From: Desulfomicrobium sp.
Lineage (GTDB): Bacteria; Desulfobacterota; Desulfovibrionia; Desulfovibrionales; Desulfomicrobiaceae
Assembly: GCA_040768745.1 (NCBI GenBank)
Contig: JAXGMI010000002.1
Location: 32,001 to 96,000, forward strand
DNA: 64,000 nt
Reading direction: 5' to 3'
A program made the translations under genes and the position numbers. Under the pieces are notes generated by a model. The model was not told the origin of the DNA. It did no database searches and saw only the letters and a list, made by a program, of their open reading frames with translations. Below, piece after piece: positions 22,567-30,914 of this stretch (position 1 is the first letter of the stretch; each line of letters begins with the position of its first letter).

Positions 22567-24087
22567 TCAGATGAAGACCGGATTGGTGAGCACCGGCTTG
22601 AGCGAGACCACCTCTTCGCCGACCGGGTCGAGGTTGCCTTCTTCCCGGATCAGCATGGCGCAGCGCACCGCGTCGATGATGTGGTCGTTGCCCTTGGAAT
22701 AGATGATCTTGCCGTCCCGCAGGGTGTAGGTGTGGGTGGTGAACTGGTCTTCCACCTCCAGGTCGTCCGAGGGGAAATGACCTGCTTGCGCTGTAGGGCT
22801 CCGTTGATGAGGCTGGTCATCAGCTCCTTGGTCCGCTTCTTGATTTCCTTGCCGTCCCGCACCGCCAGCCGGGTCATGCCGCCGAAGTCGTATCCCTTGA
22901 GCCTGCCTTCCAGCTCCAGCCCTTGTACTTGTCCAGGGTGAGCAGCTCCTGAACCACGGCCAGACCGTTGCCGCCGTTGTCCACGCCGATGCCCGCCGGG
23001 GTGTAGTAACGCTCCAGCAGCGCGATGATCTGGGCGATGTGCGGATAGGAAACGTGTTCGAGATGCACGCGCAGGATCATCTTCAGCAGCGTCCGCTCGC
23101 CGATCTCCATCTCCTGGAATACGACGATCTCGGTGGGGTCGTTGGTGTAGCCCAGGTCGCCGCCGACCCAGAACTGCCCGCTGCGGGGCGTGAGGTTGAG
23201 CAGCATCTCCAGCCGGTCGTGGGCCGCTTCCTCGGTGTCGCAGTCGCGCAGCTCGGAATCGGTGATGACGATCTTCTGGTACTCCAGCAGATCCTGCCGA
23301 CAGAGGTTGAACTGCTCGACATTGAAGGCCCCATAGGAGGGCTTGCCGTGTTCACCGGCCACCTCGTGCTGCCAGCCGGAGCTGTCGCGGCCGCCGTAGA
23401 ACTCCAGCAGTTCGGCCTCGCGATCCTCGGTCCACAGGGGATTGAGCCAGGACGGCCAGCGGAACACATGGAACTGATCCGACGAGGTGAGCCGGTAATA
23501 GGTGGTGTCGCGCAGGCCGTTGGGCGTGGAGTAGATGCGTAGCGTCCCCCGGCCTTGAGGCACTGGCGCAGCGCCTTCCAGGCCCGTTCGGTCAGCCAGG
23601 CTCCTTCATCGACCCAGACGCGGCCCACGTGCAGGGACCGGAAGGCGTCGCCATAGGCCCCGGCCGGGCGGAAATAGAGCACCGAACCGTTGGTGAACTC
23701 CAGCCGGAAGTAGGGTTTGCGGTGGATCTTGGGCTTGCCGTACTTGGTCAGGGCGATGCTGTTCATCAGATCCGGGTTGGTGTCGAGCTGGAACTCGATC
23801 TCCTCGATGATGGTATCGAGGTGCCCCTGGTGCGGAGCCGCGATGAGGCCCTGGCCGCCTCGGGTGGTGAAGGCGTAATGGAGCGCGTCGGTCGAGAGCA
23901 CGATGGACTTGCCCACGTCCCGGCCGTCGAGGTGGATGATGTTCTTGGCCGGGCAGCGCAGGTCCTCCACCTGGTGCGGCCAGTAGTCGCGGCCTGAGCC
24001 ATCCCGGTTGTAGAGGTAGGCTTGCCCCCACAACACGGGATCGCTCAGGGTCGCCGCGAGTTTGCGCTCCTTGTCGGTTACCGCCAT
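22567..24087 (-). CDS. Terminase large subunit (3 frameshifts)
   Basis: GRDVGKS Walker A, VWVDEG Walker B, YSTPNG coupling motif, GGDLG and NDHIIDA nuclease motifs. Confidence 0.9.
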
Positions 24088-24365
24088 CAGTGCATTCCCG
24101 TCCTCAAGGCGTTGCCGAGGATGGTGCCCACCAGTTCCGTCAGGATCTGCTGCACGGCCAGGGTGTTCTTCCGGTCGTGGACAGCTTCCTGAATGTCGAT
24201 GATGGCCTGGTCCAACTCCGCCCAGGCCCGGTACTGCTGCTGGGCCGCTTCCAGACGGCCGAGGGCGTTCTCGATCCGTCCCGCCGCCAGCTCGGTGCCG
24301 ATTTCGACCAGGGCCTCACCGGCCTGGCGAACGGCATCGCTGTTTTCCTGAAGGATCTCTTTCAT
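24087..24365 (-). CDS. Hypothetical helical protein
   Basis: MKEILQENS... coupled between the lipoprotein gene and terL. Confidence 0.6.
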   Translation of the reverse strand: MKEILQENSDAVRQAGEALVEIGTELAAGRIENALGRLEAAQQQYRAWAELDQAIIDIQEAVHDRKNTLAVQQILTELVGTILGNALRTGMH

Positions 24366-24634
24366 TGGCCTGCCTCCTGGTTCGCGCCGTTGGCCCACTG
24401 GTCAAGGGCGTCCACGGCGGTCTGCAGGCGCAGGCCGACTCCGGTCAGGCGCTCGGCGTCCGGGTGGCCGACCTCGCGCAGCGCCTTGTTGGCCTCGGTC
24501 ACGTACTCGGGCGTGTGGCGGTTGACGGTGGCCACCGCCGACTGGATCTGGGCCGGAGGCCGGTAGGTGGCGCAGCCGGTCATGATCCCGGCCAGGGCCA
24601 GCGGGATGGTCCATTCGAGGGTCTTCTTCAACAT
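24362..24634 (-). CDS. Small lipoprotein
   Basis: MLKKTLEWTIPLALAGIMTG-C signal peptide II / lipobox; AAGGAG RBS. Confidence 0.7.
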   Translation of the reverse strand: MLKKTLEWTIPLALAGIMTGCATYRPPAQIQSAVATVNRHTPEYVTEANKALREVGHPDAERLTGVGLRLQTAVDALDQWANGANQEAGQ

Positions 24635-24774
24635 GTTGATCTCCTTTGGGTTATGGGTTTGGGGCACATGCAGAAAGATCTCTGCAAACACTTGATTTCC
24701 AACGAAATAGAAGCGTCATTGGATGTGACGCGGGATGGTCCCGCATCCACGAAAACCGGAACCGGAGGCAGGCC

Positions 24775-24969
24775 ATGACCTACGACAGAAACCGCCAGCA
24801 GGCACTCAAGGCGTACCGAGAAAAGCAGGAGAACATCACCCGGCTGATCGAGGGCATTCGCGGCAAGCTCGAAGCGGACGCGAAGCAGCCGGACATCACC
24901 TGGGCGAGCGTCGGCTCCCTCGGCCACGTCGAGGAACTGCTGCGGGAGCTGGACGAGTTCCTGTCCTGA
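24775..24969 (+). CDS. Small hypothetical protein, first gene of the recombinase cassette
   Basis: GGAGG RBS; MTYDRNRQQ...WASVGSLGHVEELL, 64 aa. Confidence 0.7.
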   Translation: MTYDRNRQQALKAYREKQENITRLIEGIRGKLEADAKQPDITWASVGSLGHVEELLRELDEFLS

Positions 24970-25002
24970 ACACACCGGGCCACCGACAAAGGAGACATCG
25001 AC

Positions 25003-25377
25003 ATGACCGAATGCACCGTGCATCAAGCCGCCGAGGCTTTCATCGGCCACCTGCGGGAATCCGGAAAGAAAGAGCGGACCCTCTACACCTACCGGAAGGA
25101 CCTCGACGTGGTTGAGGCCTTCTTCGGCGCGGATCGCCAGCTCGCCGAGATCCGGCTTCCCCAGGTCGGCAAGTTCTACAAGTCCGACCTGCTGCTCAAA
25201 CTCCCCGACGGCAAGGAGCGGGCCGAACGCACCGTCGCCAAGACCGTCCGGGTGTTCCGCATGATGATGGTCTGGGCCAGGGAGTCGGGGCGCATCGAGA
25301 GCTGCCGCCTGCCCAAGAGCACACCCATGGGCCACAGCCGGGTGAAGGAGTCCAGCGATGAGCAACCGAACGGCTGA
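25003..25377 (+). CDS. Stand-alone integrase core-binding (SAM-like) domain protein
   Basis: FIGHLRESGKKERTLYTYRKDL...RTVAKTVRVFRMMMVWA..G.I parallels the recombinase N-terminal domain; no catalytic residues. Confidence 0.65.
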   Translation: MTECTVHQAAEAFIGHLRESGKKERTLYTYRKDLDVVEAFFGADRQLAEIRLPQVGKFYKSDLLLKLPDGKERAERTVAKTVRVFRMMMVWARESGRIESCRLPKSTPMGHSRVKESSDEQPNG

Positions 25378-26272
25378 CCTCGACCTGACGGGCGCGACAG
25401 AGGCGTTCTGTGCCCGCCTGTCGGCCGAAGGACGCTCCCCCGGCGACCATAGCCGCATACCGCCGGGACCTCGCCCTGGTGGCCCGCGTGGCCGGGGAGC
25501 TGGCCCCGGGCATCGTCTGCCGGGCGGTCACGGCCGGGCTCCTCGACCAGGTGTTCTCCGCCGGGGCGGTCACCGAGAGTGAGCGAGGCCCACGCTCGGC
25601 GGCCTCGCTCCATCGGATGAAGGCGGCGGTGCGGGCCTTTTTCGCCTGGGCCGCCGAGGCGGGCGTGGTCGATGACAATCCGGCCCGGTCCATCCGCATG
25701 CATCGGCTGCCGAGAAAGCTGCCGGTGTTCCTGACCGCCGCCGAAAAGAAACGTCTGCTCAAGGAGCTCAAGGGACGGACCGACTTCTCCGCGCTGCGCG
25801 ACCGCGCCATGATCGAGGTGCTGCTGGGCACCGGGATCAGGCTTGGCGAGCTGGCCGCGCTCGACATGGATGACATCGACCTCGACGCCAAGCATCTGCG
25901 GGTGCGGGCCAAGGGGAATGTGCCGCAGGTCAAGTTCATCAAGACCGACCTCCGCACATTGCTCGCCGTTACCTGGCCGAGCGCCGTCGACACGGCCGCC
26001 CGGAAATGGAAGCCCTGTTCCTGTCGAACCGGGACGGCAGACTCTGCCAGCGACAGATAGCCAACCGGCTCGCCCACTGGCTGCGGAAGGCCGGGATCGA
26101 AAAGGAACTGACGCCGCACGGGCTGCGGCATACCTTCGCCACCCACCTCTACGGCGCGACCAACGACCTACTCGTGGTGCAGCGGGCCTTGGGGCATCGG
26201 GACGTGTCCACCACCCAGATCTACACCCACCTCGTGGACGGCCAGCTCGAGGAAGCCCTCGAACGCCTCTGA
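25358..26272 (+). CDS. XerC-like tyrosine recombinase (frameshifts near 25440 and 25965)
   Basis: RDRAMIEVLLGTGIRLGEL, AKG, HGLRHTFAT, LGHRDVSTTQIYTH: full R-K-H-R-H-Y set. Confidence 0.9.
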
Positions 26273-26302
26273 TCCTTCCGGACCCGACGATGGGAGCGGC
26301 CT

Positions 26303-26328
26303 CGGCTGCTCCTGTTTTCGTTGGGGAA
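26303..26328 (+). terminator. Probable intrinsic terminator of the recombinase cassette
   Basis: GGAGCGGCC-TC-GGCTGCTCC followed by TGTTTT. Confidence 0.55.
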
Positions 26329-26470
26329 GACAGTATCGAAGACAGTGAATGAAAGTGCCCGCAGAAGAACACATCCGCCGATGATGAATGATCATGACGA
26401 TGGTTCTCGGCCTCCCAGGCGGAGCGGGAAATATCGATTGACCGGAATTTCTCCTTTTCTGTCTGTCGGC

Positions 26471-26723
26471 CGCACATGGCTATAACTGCTTGGCTTGTGC
26501 GCTCCGGGCGCGGAACACACATGGCAATATCTGCTTGGCATATGCGAGGACCGCTGGCGAAGGAATGGCTGCTTGCGGGGCCTGGCCGGTTCTGCCTGGG
26601 GCTCGACATGCCCATATTTACTTGGGTTGTGTGAGAGAGCTCCGGCGTGAACATGCCAATATCTACTTGGGTTATGCGGCTCGGCTTATGCGCACACATG
26701 CCAAGCGGATATCGAGAGCTGCA
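26471..26723. repeat. Array of five 31-bp imperfect palindromes (12-7-12) with 45-bp period
   Basis: Units start at 26471, 26516, 26603, 26648, 26693; consensus approx. nnnACATGSCAA-TATCTRC-TTGGSWTRTGCG; fifth core inverted. Confidence 0.8.
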
Positions 26724-26872
26724 GGAAGAAATCGAGGAGTGGAAATGATGATCGGCGGCCGGAAAATACCGATTCCGAAAGTGCAAGGAACACGTCTTAT
26801 CCGCAATTCCTGGTGTAGCTGTCTGCCGCAAGTCGCCGTGTGCCGGGGTCATCGGAAAAGCCCTCCATGGTG

Positions 26873-27373
26873 TTATCCGCAATTCTTTCCGCGTTTCTTG
26901 CGGCCGGAGGTTTTCGTTGCCGGGGCGTTGGCGGCCTCGGCCACCTTCTCGAGCAGCGCCGCCGCCCATTCCGCCGGAGAGGTCTGCGGGCCTTTCGGCT
27001 CCTCACCCTCGCGGGCGATCTTGGTGGTCTTGAGATCCTTCATGTGGCAGCGGATCATCCGGTCGAGTTTTTCGGCGGCGTCCGTGTTCCCCTCGATCTG
27101 GGCGCGGACCAGCTTCACCGAGTAGACGCCCACCAGCTCCACCTGCAGGAAGTCGCTGGACTTGTTGAACTCGAAGTCCTGGTTGAGGCGGTCGATGATC
27201 GCGTCGAACATGACCTTCTCTTCCGGCGTCAGGCAGCGGTCGGCGAAGATGCCGTGACGCAGCCGGTTCTGGTTGCCCTCGGGCGCACCAGGCCCGCGCC
27301 GGGGCGGTTCGGTCTTGCCCTCGTTGCGGTGCCAGCGGTCCAGCGTCTCTTTGTCCGGTTTGTTCAGTGCCAC
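26873..27373 (-). CDS. Terminase small subunit
   Basis: GAPEGNQNRLRHG motif typical of TerS; upstream of terL. Confidence 0.7.
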   Translation of the reverse strand: MALNKPDKETLDRWHRNEGKTEPPRRGPGAPEGNQNRLRHGIFADRCLTPEEKVMFDAIIDRLNQDFEFNKSSDFLQVELVGVYSVKLVRAQIEGNTDAAEKLDRMIRCHMKDLKTTKIAREGEEPKGPQTSPAEWAAALLEKVAEAANAPATKTSGRKKRGKNCG

Positions 27374-27464
27374 GTGGAAATCCTGCCGAATATTGTTTTC
27401 CCAAGCCGGGATGCGGGGCGGGAGGCCGATTTAGCCTCCAAACGCGCTCCCGCCGGTTCAGGGG

Positions 27465-27495
27465 TTACTTACCGGAAGCGACGGCCAACTGTCGG
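27465..27495 (-). promoter_or_regulatory. Phage promoter motif copy upstream of terS (overlaps the upstream stop codon)
   Basis: TTACTTACCGG-N14-TGTCGG. Confidence 0.75.
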
Positions 27496-27743
27496 TCCCG
27501 ATCCTGTTTTCGTTCGGCGGCGATGATCTGGTTGACCCGGCGGGTGGTCACACCGGCGAGGTTGGAGATCTCCTGGCTGCTGATCCCCTGCAGATGAAGG
27601 GCAAGCACCAGGTCGCGGCGCTCCTGGTAAAACCGGCTCGGTGCCGGAACCCAGAGAATCCCGGTGTAGTGCTTCTGGATTTGCTCGAAGAGTTCCTCGG
27701 GCAGGACATCCTTGGCGTTGGCGTAGCGTTTCTTTTTCTTCAC
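27465..27743 (-). CDS. CD3324/Mor-like HTH protein
   Basis: YANAKDVLPEELFEQIQKHY.G.LWVP; C-terminal HTH GISSQEISNLAGVTTRRVNQII. Confidence 0.7.
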   Translation of the reverse strand: MKKKKRYANAKDVLPEELFEQIQKHYTGILWVPAPSRFYQERRDLVLALHLQGISSQEISNLAGVTTRRVNQIIAAERKQDRDRQLAVASGK

Positions 27744-27746
27744 GGT

Positions 27747-28517
27747 TCAATCCTCCACTTTCTTCATCCACGGCTGCGGCACGTCCGGGTTGTAGAACCG
27801 CAGCGTGCTGGGACGCCCTGACTTCGGCCCATGGATAATTGCGATAGAACGCTCGGTGACCTCGCCAATCTCCTGATCGCCATCGACGAAGCAGACCAGG
27901 CCGTAGTCCTCGCCGCAGGGAAACCGGAAGCGGCCTAGGTTCTGATAGAGGCGTGCCTCGGACCAGCCCTTGGCCATGGCCTCCTCACGGATGGCGTCGA
28001 CCTTGGCGACAGCCTGGGAAGACACCGACTGCTTACATTTCCAAGATTGGTTCCCGGGATAAATCCAGTCCTTTCTCGGAACTTCGACGGGTTTCTCCTG
28101 GGACTCGGGACGAAGCGCGGGTGGCCGGTAGTTCTTCGGGGAAAAGGACTGCACTACCTCCTGCAGGCTTTCCTTGCCGAACTCCCGGATGGACAGTTCC
28201 TGCAGGGCGTTGAATCTCTGCCGTAGCGTGTTCCAGGCATCGTCGGGGAGCTTTCCGGCCTTGTGCGCGGCTTGGGCGGTGACCATGCGGGAACGCAGCC
28301 AGACAAAGTATTCAGGGGACAGACGGCGACACAGCGTGCCGTTTACCTCCCGGTCTTCAGGCCAGTCGCGGGCGTCCTCGATGTCGTGGATGTCGAGCCC
28401 TGTGGAGACATAGATAGCGGGCTGCGGTGGTTGCGGTGGTAATGATGGGGTTTCACATCCGGCCGAGGCTTCCTGCCCTCCGGTGGTGTGCTTGATCATG
28501 GTTTTCAGAAGGCTCAT
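27747..28517 (-). CDS. Hypothetical phage protein
   Basis: 256 aa ORF preceded by the promoter motif. Confidence 0.7.
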   Translation of the reverse strand: MSLLKTMIKHTTGGQEASAGCETPSLPPQPPQPAIYVSTGLDIHDIEDARDWPEDREVNGTLCRRLSPEYFVWLRSRMVTAQAAHKAGKLPDDAWNTLRQRFNALQELSIREFGKESLQEVVQSFSPKNYRPPALRPESQEKPVEVPRKDWIYPGNQSWKCKQSVSSQAVAKVDAIREEAMAKGWSEARLYQNLGRFRFPCGEDYGLVCFVDGDQEIGEVTERSIAIIHGPKSGRPSTLRFYNPDVPQPWMKKVED

Positions 28518-28557
28518 GGCTTCGGGCTCCAGAAATACGGGTTAATCGCTTTTCCCG

Positions 28558-28588
28558 TTACTTACCGGAGCCCAAAGCCAGATGACGG
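28558..28588 (-). promoter_or_regulatory. Phage promoter motif copy
   Basis: TTACTTACCGG-N14-TGACGG, intergenic. Confidence 0.7.
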
Positions 28589-28687
28589 CGGACCGATGCC
28601 TTCGCTTGTAATCGTTTTTTGAGCGAGAGGCCGTTTTGTAACTGTTTTTTGAGGTCTCTAAACGTTTTTCGAGAAACCGGCAGGCTC

Positions 28688-29039
28688 GGCGGTGGATACC
28701 TGCGGTGGCTGCGGTGGTCGTGCGGTGGAAGATTTTCTCGTCCCACCGCAGGGAGTGGTGCGTTGTTTGTTTATTGTTTTTAGATAGTTATGAAGAAAGA
28801 AAAGAGAGAGTGCGGTGGTTGCGGTGGTATTTGGGGAATGTCTCTCACGCTTGGCCGAAATTTATCTGGCGGGGAACGCCGGATTGGTGGGTCGAAAAAA
28901 TATTTCATTCCATAGGGGGTGAGACCTCTGGATTTACCACCGCAGCCACCGCAAAGGCTATGAACGCCTTGTCTGGCAAGGGTTTGGCGTGCGGTGGTCA
29001 TCCACCGCAAGAGACAGCGGTGATCACCGCACCACCGCA
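28688..29039. repeat. Cluster of TGCGGTGG octamers in both orientations (candidate replication origin)
   Basis: Exact copies at 28701, 28710, 28721, 28811, 28820, 28990 (forward) and 28743, 28937, 28946, 29002, 29032 (inverted); AT-rich patch near 28765-28800. Confidence 0.75.
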
Positions 29040-29058
29040 AAACCGGAGCTGCGAATAC

Positions 29059-30570
29059 TCAATCCGTTGTCTTTCGATTATCTATAGAAATGATAACGTT
29101 CGTTTCATGTTGACCCAGGTGCCACCGTTTACTAGTGACCTGTTGGAGGAAATGCAAATCATGGCTGATCAGCAACAGGCCACAGGGGCAATCTTTCAGG
29201 GCATTCTCTAAGCACTCGATTGCTGGAAGATCGAGATGATTTGTCGGTTCATCCATAACAATTAAATGCGGCTGACGAATAATTCCAAGCGCCAATAGCA
29301 CCTTGCGCAATTCACCTGGGCTGATATCAAGGTTATGTAACAGTCGTTCAGGGCGTGACCCAAGAGCACTCACCACTGTCATAATTTTACCAAGTTGTTC
29401 ATGAGAAAGGTGATTTACATCTGCCATGATTTTTCGGGTTTTCATCATGTCAATCTCTTGCGGTAAATATACCAAATGCTCATTAGGAATATTTATGTGG
29501 TTAAGAATATGTCGAATAAAAGTTGTCTTTCCCATTCCATTTGCTCCAGTAATAGCAATACGATCGTCACGTAGCATTGTAATCTCTGGTATATGCAATT
29601 TTCTTGATTCATCGAGAGCGATTATGTCAGCAGGAATAGTAAAGAGGATTCGACGTGGAGAGACGGAACCATCGATCCAGAAATGAGTTGCATAGCGTTT
29701 CTTGATTTTTATATCAGAAATTTGTTCCTGCACATGCTTTATACGACCTTTTAATTGCTTAGCAAGACGCCCGGCATGACCATCCTGTCCTGAAACACGA
29801 GCCAGGTCGATTTTGGCACGCCCATCGCTGTCACCACGTGCCAAATGACGTTTCGATTTCTTTTTGTTGGCGCGTGAGGCTTTAGCGCAGCGACGTTTCG
29901 ACTCGTCCTTTAATCGTTCCAGGTTTTGTTGCAAACTATGACGTCTATCCTGCAAACTTGATTCTTCTCGTTTAACATCTGCGGCAGCTTTCGTATAATT
30001 GCCAGGTTGTATTATGGCTTGAGGGGGGTCGAGAAAAATACATTGCTGGCAAAGAAGGTCAAGCAAATCTCGGTCATGGCTAACCAGCAGGCCAATACCA
30101 CGAAATGACGTAAGCGCTTCTATAAGCAGCTCACGGGCCGTAATATCAATATGATTGGTCGGTTCATCAAGAAGAAGGACATCCGGTTGTTGCCAGAGAG
30201 CGACAGCAATTTGAGCACGCTTACGCTCGCCATGACTTAGTGTCGGCCAGCGACTTACCCAATCATCGCCAATCCTTAGCTTTCCACGCAGTACGCATGC
30301 CTCTGCTTCAACGGTAGAAATCAAAAGTGATAGCTGTGCCGGAACATCGTCAGTGCGCTGCGGGCAGAAAACTATATGTCCGGACCGTTTGATAGTCCCT
30401 TGCTGTACCTGTAGATGTCCTGCCGCAAGTTGCAGAAAAGTCGTTTTCCCTGCACCGTTTGGCCCTACGATTCCTGTCCATCCTTCCGCAAGATGAACTG
30501 TGATGTCCTCAAGCAATGAGGATATTGCACTATCATAAGAAAAGGTAACGTTTTGAAAAGATATTGACAT
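29059..30570 (-). CDS. ABC-F family ATPase (candidate ribosome protection protein)
   Basis: Two nucleotide-binding domains (GPNGAGKT/LSHGE/LLLDEPTNH; GANGMGKT/ISPGE/MDEPTNHLD), long basic linker, no transmembrane segments; AT-rich. Confidence 0.88.
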   Translation of the reverse strand: MSISFQNVTFSYDSAISSLLEDITVHLAEGWTGIVGPNGAGKTTFLQLAAGHLQVQQGTIKRSGHIVFCPQRTDDVPAQLSLLISTVEAEACVLRGKLRIGDDWVSRWPTLSHGERKRAQIAVALWQQPDVLLLDEPTNHIDITARELLIEALTSFRGIGLLVSHDRDLLDLLCQQCIFLDPPQAIIQPGNYTKAAADVKREESSLQDRRHSLQQNLERLKDESKRRCAKASRANKKKSKRHLARGDSDGRAKIDLARVSGQDGHAGRLAKQLKGRIKHVQEQISDIKIKKRYATHFWIDGSVSPRRILFTIPADIIALDESRKLHIPEITMLRDDRIAITGANGMGKTTFIRHILNHINIPNEHLVYLPQEIDMMKTRKIMADVNHLSHEQLGKIMTVVSALGSRPERLLHNLDISPGELRKVLLALGIIRQPHLIVMDEPTNHLDLPAIECLENALKDCPCGLLLISHDLHFLQQVTSKRWHLGQHETNVIISIDNRKTTD

Positions 30571-30632
30571 TGTTGACCTCCAAGCATGCTGTAACAAAAC
30601 ATACTGGACGTCCCATTCCCATGGAATCAGCT

Positions 30633-30802
30633 AAAATAAAAAATGCCACGTCTTAAACGTGGCATTCAAATCATAAACGCTGAAGCCACCCAAGATCTAC
30701 GGAAACAGAACGCCATTTTTTGGATAATTTTAACGATCCAAAATGGGAACACGAAAATTTCGTGAAGGCTCGTTTCCGTTAGATTCTCAAGGGTATACCT
30801 CC
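30633..30802 (-). promoter_or_regulatory. Ribosome-dependent attenuator leader: uORF M-R-I, alternative helices, intrinsic terminator
   Basis: GGAGGT (30802-30797), TTG AGA ATC TAA (30790-30779), terminator stem 30642-30666 followed by a U tract. Confidence 0.7.
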
Positions 30803-30818
30803 ATATAAATTTGCTTTT

Positions 30819-30847
30819 AACTTAGCATCACAGGATGATGGCGTCAA
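30819..30847 (-). promoter_or_regulatory. Sigma70-type promoter of the ABC-F gene
   Basis: TTGACG-17 nt-TAAGTT with an extended -10 TG. Confidence 0.6.
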
Positions 30848-30914
30848 GTTTTGCCTTTGATTTTGATAAAGTTCAGTGTCGTCATATCATCCAGTTTGGG
30901 CAAAAAAATTCCAT

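Noticed and set aside
810..23997. Long plus-strand ORFs such as 810..2768, 13014..15359, 16716..18839 and 19496..21298
   Set aside because: Antisense shadows of high-GC minus-strand genes
25358..26272. Host xerC/xerD, integron integrase or the prophage integrase
   Set aside because: Mid-prophage position, no IntI-specific insertion or attC-flanked cassettes seen, and far from the visible boundary
26471..26723. CRISPR array interpretation of the 45-bp repeats
   Set aside because: Units are degenerate, linkers are only 14 bp, one core is inverted and there is no cas operon; the Cas4-like nuclease belongs to the recombination block
25176..27125. ORFs 25176..26969 (-) and 26490..27125 (+) showing 15-aa periodicity
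   Set aside because: They overlap real genes on the opposite strand and have no recognisable motifs; the periodicity is better explained by palindromic DNA repeats
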